Shown piece after piece: positions 57,659 through 64,000 of a DNA stretch of 64,000 nt; within the stretch, counting starts at the first letter, position 1, and each line of letters begins with the position of its first letter. A program made the translations under genes and the position numbers. The stretch comes from Promethearchaeota archaeon (lineage in GTDB: Archaea; Asgardarchaeota; Thorarchaeia; Thorarchaeales; Thorarchaeaceae): the NCBI GenBank assembly GCA_048939765.1, contig JBHLPF010000011.1, positions 14,896 through 78,895 on the forward strand. Direction: 5' to 3'. The notes beneath the pieces were generated by a model. That model did no database searches, was not told where the DNA came from, and saw only the letters and a program-made list of their open reading frames with translations.

Positions 57659-59509
57659 ATGCGAAGGATAGCAGCGATCCTATTCTGCTTGACTCTACTC
57701 ATTATATGTCCACTAGCAGTGACAAGGTGTCTTGACAGTCATATCAGTAGACAGAGTCAGGATGCATCGAGATGCTTCATTCCGGCCTATGATGAAGCAC
57801 CTCCTATTCATATCTCCAATGACAGTGACTTCGCAGATCAGGCCTCTGCTAACTCTTGGGATGGCAATGGTTCAGTGAGTGATCCCTACATAGTCGAGGG
57901 ATTGAATATCACAACAACTGGGACCTCCCTAATTCAAATAGGGAACTCGACAGTGTTCTTTGAGGTTCGGGGATGCCTTCTAGTTGAGGGCTCAATGGGA
58001 ATTCTTCTGCAGAATGTGACAAATGCCAAGATCTGGAACAACACAATCCAAGACTCGCAGAGTTCCGGCATACTGGTGACCGAGTCAGATGGTGTCATAG
58101 TGACAAATAACACAATCCAATACATTAATGGTCCAGATTCCGCGGGATTGTATTCTCTAGGATCAGAGTATTGCGAATACTCCAACAACACAATTGATAC
58201 TGTGAACGGATGGGGTATTCTTGCAGACTATACGAATAACTGCTCAATCTCTGATAATGTTGTAAGCGATTTCTTGCATGATGGCATTCGTCTACGAGAC
58301 TCCTCTGAGAATAACATGACACTCAATATCATCACAGGCGGCACAAGCGGAATCAAGCTTGGAAACTCACGTGGATGTAGATTGGAAAGGAATCTTGTAG
58401 GTTACAGTCAATCAGATGGCATCTCAATTGAGGCATCGTTGAGTTGTGTCATCAAGGACAATGTTGTGTTCGAGAGCGGTGTATATTCTCTTGATTTGTC
58501 CGGAGATTCTTCCGACATTATTGCAAATACGTTCTATAGAAGCCAGCTCCAGGGACTTCGAATTCAATCTGACAACACCTATGTCACGCAGAACAACCTA
58601 ATAGAGAACAATCTTGCACTTCCAGAACCTACCACCTATCTAGGTATTTCCGGTTCTAACAATGACATCATTGGGAATTATTATGATGCATGGACCTGGC
58701 CAGATGATGATGAGAATGGCATTGTTGACCACCCCTATCCATTTGGTGTGGGACAGAGCGATTCTGAACCGCATGTCAGGGTGTTCCTGACGGACTTGAT
58801 GCACATCCTCACAAAGCCAAGAATGATCCATCCAAACGAAACGATGGATGGAGAGAAATTCTGGGGGCTGGTTCAGATTACATGGAGTGTATCTAGTGAC
58901 ACTTTTGGACACGATGTCACTTACAATGTATCGGTTTCAACAGACGGGGGGTCTTCGTGGATTGAACTTGTCCATGGTCTGGATGATACAGATCTGGACT
59001 GGAACTCATCAGATTTCTTGGAAAGCACCGAATATAGATTCAAAGTTGTGGCACAGTGTACTGATGGACTGGTCGCAGAGCGCACGACCAATGCGGAGTA
59101 TGAAGTCAAAAGCCACACCCTGTCAGTCCCGACAGTCCTCACTCCAAATGGGGGCGAAACAATTGGTGGAGAATACGAGATCACATGGACTGACTCTGTT
59201 GAGTCCTGGGGTCTTATTGTCTCATATGATGTCTTCTATTCCACAGATGCTGGAGAGACATGGACTGAGATAATCAATACCTATGATGACAGTTCGATCA
59301 CATGGTATGTTAGAGGGTTACCAGAAACAGATCAGTATCTCATACGTGTTATCGCCAGAGGAGCCTCAGGACTCACCGCAGAGGACGTGTCTGACTCAGT
59401 CTTCTCGGTAAGATGGTCGAGTAACGCGATGATCATCGGGTTGGTCGGTGGTGGAGCGATATTGGTTGTCATTGCTGTCTATGCGCTGCGGCGACGAGGA
59501 ACGATTTGA
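57659..59509 (+). CDS. Paralogous surface protein: beta-helix (NosD-like), two Ig/Fn3-like domains, C-terminal TM
   Basis: Same architecture as the upstream gene (WDGNGS..DPYIVEG, TPNGGE, anchor plus RRR). Confidence 0.85.
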   Translation: MRRIAAILFCLTLLIICPLAVTRCLDSHISRQSQDASRCFIPAYDEAPPIHISNDSDFADQASANSWDGNGSVSDPYIVEGLNITTTGTSLIQIGNSTVFFEVRGCLLVEGSMGILLQNVTNAKIWNNTIQDSQSSGILVTESDGVIVTNNTIQYINGPDSAGLYSLGSEYCEYSNNTIDTVNGWGILADYTNNCSISDNVVSDFLHDGIRLRDSSENNMTLNIITGGTSGIKLGNSRGCRLERNLVGYSQSDGISIEASLSCVIKDNVVFESGVYSLDLSGDSSDIIANTFYRSQLQGLRIQSDNTYVTQNNLIENNLALPEPTTYLGISGSNNDIIGNYYDAWTWPDDDENGIVDHPYPFGVGQSDSEPHVRVFLTDLMHILTKPRMIHPNETMDGEKFWGLVQITWSVSSDTFGHDVTYNVSVSTDGGSSWIELVHGLDDTDLDWNSSDFLESTEYRFKVVAQCTDGLVAERTTNAEYEVKSHTLSVPTVLTPNGGETIGGEYEITWTDSVESWGLIVSYDVFYSTDAGETWTEIINTYDDSSITWYVRGLPETDQYLIRVIARGASGLTAEDVSDSVFSVRWSSNAMIIGLVGGGAILVVIAVYALRRRGTI

Positions 59510-59534
59510 CAGTGATGAGAGTCTACTCCTGAGA

Positions 59535-60206
59535 TTAGTAGATGTAGGGGAAGAAACGTTTAGTTCGTCTCATATATTCCTCATACTCTTCTCCGAACTC
59601 AGATAGCAATGATTTTTCCTCAATCTCCATTCTCTTTCTGAATATTATGAAGTAGACCAGTACGAACACGATTGTACTCAAGTAACCTCGAAATGACAAG
59701 CCAAGTCCACAACGACCTAGCATCCCTCCTGCGTATAATGGATGACGGATGTAGCTGTAGATCCCCTCGGTCAGGAGATGGTGGTCTTCCTTTAATGCAG
59801 GAGTCCCATCCCCATACCTTCCGAGCTGTATCCTGCTCCTAAGAACAAGTATCCCTCCCACAATATAGACAATGATACCAATGTATGAGATAACAGGAGC
59901 GTCGAGAGCGAGCAATAAGGTCGAGGTCAGGAAGAGATTCTCATAGAAGAGAATGCCTAGGAAGAATGGATGCACCAATAATAGAAGGCCTACCAACTTG
60001 GTTGTGGTGTCAGCATCTTCTAATGGTGTTGAGGGTCGTATCATTACATCTGCAAAAACGACAATCTGGTCTAGAGCGATGGCGATCAATGTGATCATGT
60101 TTAGGTAAATGCCACTCGCAAAAATCAGGAGGCAGATGTTATAGTATGTGAGGTATATCAGAGCCTTCACAAGTTTTCTTATCAAAACACCAACCCTCGC
60201 ATTCAT
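59535..60206 (-). CDS. Isoprenylcysteine carboxyl methyltransferase (Ste14/ICMT-PEMT) family membrane protein
   Basis: LLTEGIYSYIRHPLY, EEKSL..EFGEEYEEY..RTKRFFP. Confidence 0.9.
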   Translation of the reverse strand: MNARVGVLIRKLVKALIYLTYYNICLLIFASGIYLNMITLIAIALDQIVVFADVMIRPSTPLEDADTTTKLVGLLLLVHPFFLGILFYENLFLTSTLLLALDAPVISYIGIIVYIVGGILVLRSRIQLGRYGDGTPALKEDHHLLTEGIYSYIRHPLYAGGMLGRCGLGLSFRGYLSTIVFVLVYFIIFRKRMEIEEKSLLSEFGEEYEEYMRRTKRFFPYIY

Positions 60207-60314
60207 CCACCTTTAACTAGAATAAATGTCTGTTTGCAGGGTTTCGCTCCAGAATACTGGTAGATCTTGGTATTAGCTGGTCTTTTTGTGTAGTGAACTC
60301 TGGAACGCCGAAAG

Positions 60315-60372
60315 ACTTATTACAAAGTTGTTAACATGATATTGTTAAATCATTTAACTGAAGTAGGTTAAA
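60315..60372 (+). promoter_or_regulatory. Promoter (ACTTATTACAAAG) plus tandem TTAA-N10-TTAA operators
   Basis: GTTAA-CATGATATTG-TTAAA, tca, TTTAA-CTGAAGTAGG-TTAAA; same layout at 62875. Confidence 0.7.
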
Positions 60373-60387
60373 TGAAGAGGGAGATTG

Positions 60388-60858
60388 ATGTTCAACACAT
60401 TACGGTACCCGACCAAACAACAGGGTATCATCTGGCTCAGACGACGTCGGAAGGACCGACCGACAGACATCGCCAAGGACCTGAACGTATCACGGCCCTT
60501 TGTCACAATGGAACAGAAGAGAGCCGAGGCTCGAATCAAGAAGCTCATAGAACATACTGCAGCGGTCAACAGGGTGAAGATAAAACGAATGAGCATTCAG
60601 TATGGCATTGCAGAGGGCTACTGTCATGCAAATAACTCTCAGACTTACATCACCTACTCTCCCGAAATTGGTGTGCTGAACTGGTATGAACACACAGGGA
60701 ACTGTGGCGCTTGTGACATAGAGGATCAATGCAAGGCGGCCCTCCACACCTTGGCAGAGGAGTGGGAGATCCCTGCACCGTCAAACATGGCTCCAACAGA
60801 GCTCAGTGAGCATCTGTTTAGCATCATCAGGAGACGACTCAAATGGGACAAGATGTGA
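60388..60858 (+). CDS. HTH regulator with C-terminal C-x2-C-x5-C metal cluster (copy 1)
   Basis: TDIAKDLNVSRPFVT HTH; GYCH and HTGNCGACDIEDQC. Confidence 0.8.
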   Translation: MFNTLRYPTKQQGIIWLRRRRKDRPTDIAKDLNVSRPFVTMEQKRAEARIKKLIEHTAAVNRVKIKRMSIQYGIAEGYCHANNSQTYITYSPEIGVLNWYEHTGNCGACDIEDQCKAALHTLAEEWEIPAPSNMAPTELSEHLFSIIRRRLKWDKM

Positions 60859-60926
60859 GGAACCAGACAAGATTTTGCCAAAAGCCTCAAGATGTGAGGA
60901 ACGACTCAAGATTTTGCCAGAAACCT
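60849..60926 (+). repeat. Tandem 39-bp direct repeat spanning the regulator stop / partner start
   Basis: CAAGATGTGAGGAACCAGACAAGATTTTGCCAAAAGCCT and CAAGATGTGAGGAACGACTCAAGATTTTGCCAGAAACCT (34/39 identical); third related copy at 63964-64000. Confidence 0.85.
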
Positions 60927-62015
60927 ATGAGGCCACGGATGAGAGGACTGACTACGAATACCGACCATAGAGAAATCATCTTGGCTGCTGGTCTAATCGC
61001 AGTCTTGTCAATATCAGCCCTCTCAATCTATCCGTTCATGGTTCCTGCTTCCAATGAAAAGCACTACTCTCATTGGAGCGCATATGCTTTCATAGCGATT
61101 GATGGAGATGCCAACTTCTCTGATACGGCTCTGCTAGAGGGGTGGGCTGGTGATGGTTCTCCTGAGAACCCATACATAATTGACGGGTTGAACATTGACC
61201 CAGTGGATGCAGTTGGTCATGGCATAAGCATCAGCAACACACGAGTCAGCTTCACTATACGCAACTGCAATATCACTGGTTTCGTTTCTCATCATGGCGA
61301 CTTCTGCGAAGGTGGAGCGGGAATCTACCTGGAGAATGTCACCAACGGTCAGCTAGTCAACAACACCTGCACCAGCAACAGCTATGGCATCGACATCTGG
61401 GGCTCATATTCCAACACCATGGTCAACAACACCTGCAACAACAACAGCTGGACTGGCATCTCCCTCGAATGGTCGAATTCTAACACCATGGCCAACAACA
61501 TCTGCTCCAACAACACCGACTTCGGCATCTTTCTCGATGACATCAGTTTCAACAACACCGTGGTAAACAACACCTGCATCAATAACAGGATTGGCATCTT
61601 CTTCTATGAATCGGATTCGAACACCGTGGCTGACAATACTTGCGACAGCAACACCGAATATGGTATCTACCTCTATGAATCGCATTTCAGTTCCGTGGTC
61701 AACAACATCTGCAACAACAATAGGATTGGCATCTTCCTCGAAGATTCAGAGTCCAACACCGTGGACAGCAACACCTGCAACAACAACAGGATTGGCATCT
61801 CCCTCGATGAATCGTTTTACAACGCCGGTTCGAACAACACCTTCTTGGACAACACCAAACATGATATGATAGGAGAGTTTGTAGACTTGGAATTGGCATA
61901 CAGGGAGTCTGTAGCCAGGGAGTTTGTTTGGCTACTTGCAGGTTGCGGGATGATTCTTGTTGTCTCTGTGATTGCGTTGCTGCTATTTCGAAGAATGGAG
62001 ATACATAGGGAATAA
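60855..62015 (+). CDS. Beta-helix (NosD-like) protein anchored by N- and C-terminal TMs
   Basis: GTGA overlap with regulator stop; about 22-aa NNTC.NN..GI.L..S..NT repeats; hydrophobic segments at both ends. Confidence 0.85.
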   Translation: MRNQTRFCQKPQDVRNDSRFCQKPMRPRMRGLTTNTDHREIILAAGLIAVLSISALSIYPFMVPASNEKHYSHWSAYAFIAIDGDANFSDTALLEGWAGDGSPENPYIIDGLNIDPVDAVGHGISISNTRVSFTIRNCNITGFVSHHGDFCEGGAGIYLENVTNGQLVNNTCTSNSYGIDIWGSYSNTMVNNTCNNNSWTGISLEWSNSNTMANNICSNNTDFGIFLDDISFNNTVVNNTCINNRIGIFFYESDSNTVADNTCDSNTEYGIYLYESHFSSVVNNICNNNRIGIFLEDSESNTVDSNTCNNNRIGISLDESFYNAGSNNTFLDNTKHDMIGEFVDLELAYRESVAREFVWLLAGCGMILVVSVIALLLFRRMEIHRE

Positions 62016-62050
62016 AATATCACCATAAAATGGGATGGGAGGATAATTGA

Positions 62051-62797
62051 ATGATAAAAAGAAAGATGCAATTAATTGCAGGATTCGCAATGTTTGTTCT
62101 TTGCATTTCAATATTGACAACAACTGCAAATGCGACAGCCAGCTGGGAAGACAACTTCGACGACTTGGACGATTGGACAACGTTCGCATACACAAGTTCT
62201 CCAATACCTGTCAAAATAGAAGGCAATTTCTCAGCTGCAGATCACACACTGAAGGTACTTGATGATGATGCCAACTTTGCCAGACACGACAGTACTGTGA
62301 ATGTAGGGACTTGGAGTTTCGATATGTTTGTTCCAGATATTGGAAATGTTGCGGCGGCTATGTATGTCTATATCATGTCTAACGGATCCAGAGCAATCCC
62401 AGCGTACCCCTCTGATTTTATAGCTGTTGGAGCTTGGAAGCAATCATCAGGAAGTAGTCTGCAATTCATTGTCTGGACAATGAAAGGATTTGCTTGGACA
62501 ATTCACTCACAATTCTCTAAGAATCCCATGCAAGGATGGCACCACATTGATGTAAACAGGACTAGTGATGGTCATTTCTATGTCTACTTCAATGGAACTC
62601 TAGAGGATGACTTTACCCACAATGATGTCACAAGCTCTACTTATCTCGAGTTCTATTGCTACCGCGCTACTGGTGCTGCGATCGACAACCTCGTTGTTGA
62701 AGAAACATCGTCTATCTTAGACGGCCCTACGATTTTAGTTGCAGTTGTTGTTGTGGTCGTCATTGTGTTGGCAATCGTTTTTCTTAGACGAAGATGA
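62051..62797 (+). CDS. Secreted beta-sandwich protein (possibly concanavalin/LamG-like) with C-terminal TM anchor
   Basis: Signal peptide, WEDNFDD, GWHHIDV.R..DG.FYVYFNG, IDNLVV, anchor plus RRR. Confidence 0.65.
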   Translation: MIKRKMQLIAGFAMFVLCISILTTTANATASWEDNFDDLDDWTTFAYTSSPIPVKIEGNFSAADHTLKVLDDDANFARHDSTVNVGTWSFDMFVPDIGNVAAAMYVYIMSNGSRAIPAYPSDFIAVGAWKQSSGSSLQFIVWTMKGFAWTIHSQFSKNPMQGWHHIDVNRTSDGHFYVYFNGTLEDDFTHNDVTSSTYLEFYCYRATGAAIDNLVVEETSSILDGPTILVAVVVVVVIVLAIVFLRRR

Positions 62798-62874
62798 TTG
62801 GGGAGCAAGAAGTGTTCTATCCTTCTTCTTCCCTCTTCTTTCTCCTCTAGTATTTGTGTAGAAATGACCGAATC

Positions 62875-62932
62875 ACTTATTACAAAGTAGTTAAATAAAT
62901 TCTTTTAACTCTGTTAAACAAATCTGTTTAAC
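62875..62932 (+). promoter_or_regulatory. Promoter (ACTTATTACAAAG) plus tandem GTTAA-N10-TTAAC operators
   Basis: GTTAA-ATAAATTCTT-TTAAC, tct, GTTAA-ACAAATCTGT-TTAAC. Confidence 0.72.
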
Positions 62933-62974
62933 TGATTGTCTGTGAGCAAGAACAGAAGAAGGAGGAGAGAATCA

Positions 62975-63493
62975 TTGAGTAATGCAATAAAAGCCTCGTT
63001 CATACTCGCTGCTGTTGGCGGCTTCATCACCGCACTATTGGAGGTTCCACGCCTTCTTGGCTGGGACCTATTATCTGATTTCCAACTGCGTATCTTGTTA
63101 TGGATCCTTGTGGGAATCCTGCTCAGCATAGGGTTCATTGGGCTATGGCGGAAGAGCGGGAACGTCATTCCGCTGGTCTGTGCTATCTTGTTCATCTTAA
63201 TAGATATCGTCGACCCGGTACTGCAATACCCTAATCTGATAGGCATTATGATGATAATACTTGGCGTGGTTTGGCTCACTGCAGGGATCGCTGCATGGTT
63301 GCTTCGCGAAGAATTTAGTCAGTTTTCCATTGTTGCTACCTTGGTGTTCTTTGCTTTTGGCGCTGTGAACTTAGTGATAGCACTAGTGGATCCAGTTGGC
63401 ATAATGATGCCAGTTCAAGACTGGTGGCGTTGGTTTGATTCAGCGACTGGCATAGTCACAGGCATATACTTCCTCGATGCCGCAAGAACATGA
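62975..63493 (+). CDS. Hypothetical membrane protein (about 6 TMs)
   Basis: Almost entirely hydrophobic; TTG start after AGGAGG. Confidence 0.75.
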   Translation: MSNAIKASFILAAVGGFITALLEVPRLLGWDLLSDFQLRILLWILVGILLSIGFIGLWRKSGNVIPLVCAILFILIDIVDPVLQYPNLIGIMMIILGVVWLTAGIAAWLLREEFSQFSIVATLVFFAFGAVNLVIALVDPVGIMMPVQDWWRWFDSATGIVTGIYFLDAART

Positions 63494-63502
63494 GGGAAAA
63501 CA

Positions 63503-63973
63503 ATGTTCAACACTCTTCGGTACCCGACCAAGCAGCAGAACCGCATCTGGCTCAGGAGGCGGCAGAATGACCGACCGTCAGACATTGCCAAGGACCTGAG
63601 AATGTCAAGGCCATATGTGAGTATAGAACAGAAGAAAGCAGAAGTTCGGATCAAGAAGCTCATAGAACATGCTGCGTCTGTCGACAGAGTGAAGATAGAA
63701 CGTCTAAGTGCTCGATACGGCATTGCTGAGGGCTTCTGTCATGTATATGACTCACAGGTATACATCGTCTACTCTCCCAAGATGGGTGTTCACAACTGGT
63801 TTGTGCACCAGGGCGATTGTGGTACCTGTGACTTGTTGGACGAATGCAATGAGATCCTACGCACCTTGGCCGAGGAGTGGGAGATTGGTATCCCACCAGA
63901 GATGGCACCAACAGAGCTTGGTGTGTACCTGTTTGAGAATATCAGGAGGCGACTCAAGTGGGACAAGATGTGA
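63503..63973 (+). CDS. HTH regulator with C-terminal C-x2-C-x5-C metal cluster (copy 2)
   Basis: Colinear paralog of 60388 with identical ends MFNTLRYPTKQQ and RRRLKWDKM; HQGDCGTCDLLDEC. Confidence 0.8.
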   Translation: MFNTLRYPTKQQNRIWLRRRQNDRPSDIAKDLRMSRPYVSIEQKKAEVRIKKLIEHAASVDRVKIERLSARYGIAEGFCHVYDSQVYIVYSPKMGVHNWFVHQGDCGTCDLLDECNEILRTLAEEWEIGIPPEMAPTELGVYLFENIRRRLKWDKM

Positions 63974-64000
63974 GAAACGACTCAAGAGTCTGCAGGACAC
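63970..64000 (+). CDS. Start of translationally coupled partner ORF (partial)
   Basis: GTGA overlap; MRNDSRVCRT matches the VRNDSRFCQK repeat in the 60855 ORF. Confidence 0.45.
   Translation, partial: MRNDSRVCRT

Noticed and set aside
59535-60206. ICMT as a eukaryotic signature for CAAX processing
   Set aside because: Ste14/PEMT-like proteins are widespread in prokaryotes; no linked prenyltransferase or CAAX substrate here
60849-60926. Possible mini CRISPR array
   Set aside because: Only two contiguous 39-bp units with no unique spacers, in frame within a coding region, and no cas genes in the window
61355-61860. AAC-rich repeats as a diversity-generating retroelement template/variable region
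   Set aside because: No reverse transcriptase in the window; differences are not adenine-restricted; explained by the Asn-ladder beta-helix

Overview
Archaeal chromosomal DNA, most likely an Asgard archaeon (Thorarchaeia-like). This is inferred from two Asgard-type profilins, eL38, SepF, and many beta-helix surface proteins with C-terminal membrane anchors. Housekeeping blocks: sucCD, thrC, rpl40e/rpl38e/rpl21e/rpl37e, alba, truD, pth2, pus10, rpoF, ksgA, psmB-aCPSF1, lsm, and a tRNA-Val(CAC) with a T-loop intron. Points of interest: (1) a 7-gene minus-strand operon (11.8-24.5 kb) built around a 2044-aa double-anchored Ig-repeat surface protein whose transglutaminase triad is entirely lost, plus a stand-alone copy of its cytoplasmic tail, a DUF4350-like protein, MoxR and DUF58/vWA; (2) two highly divergent Ski2/Hel308-like helicases, one catalytically dead with a SWIM finger and one fused to a winged helix; (3) a duplicated HTH/Cys-cluster regulator module at 60.3-64 kb, with a shared promoter, tandem TTAA-N10-TTAA operators and translationally coupled partner ORFs sharing an N-terminal peptide; (4) an unannotated, highly structured small-ORF locus and several structured leaders/intergenic RNAs. 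No CRISPR array, rRNA, transposase or integrase was seen. All family calls come from motif recognition by eye, not database searches.
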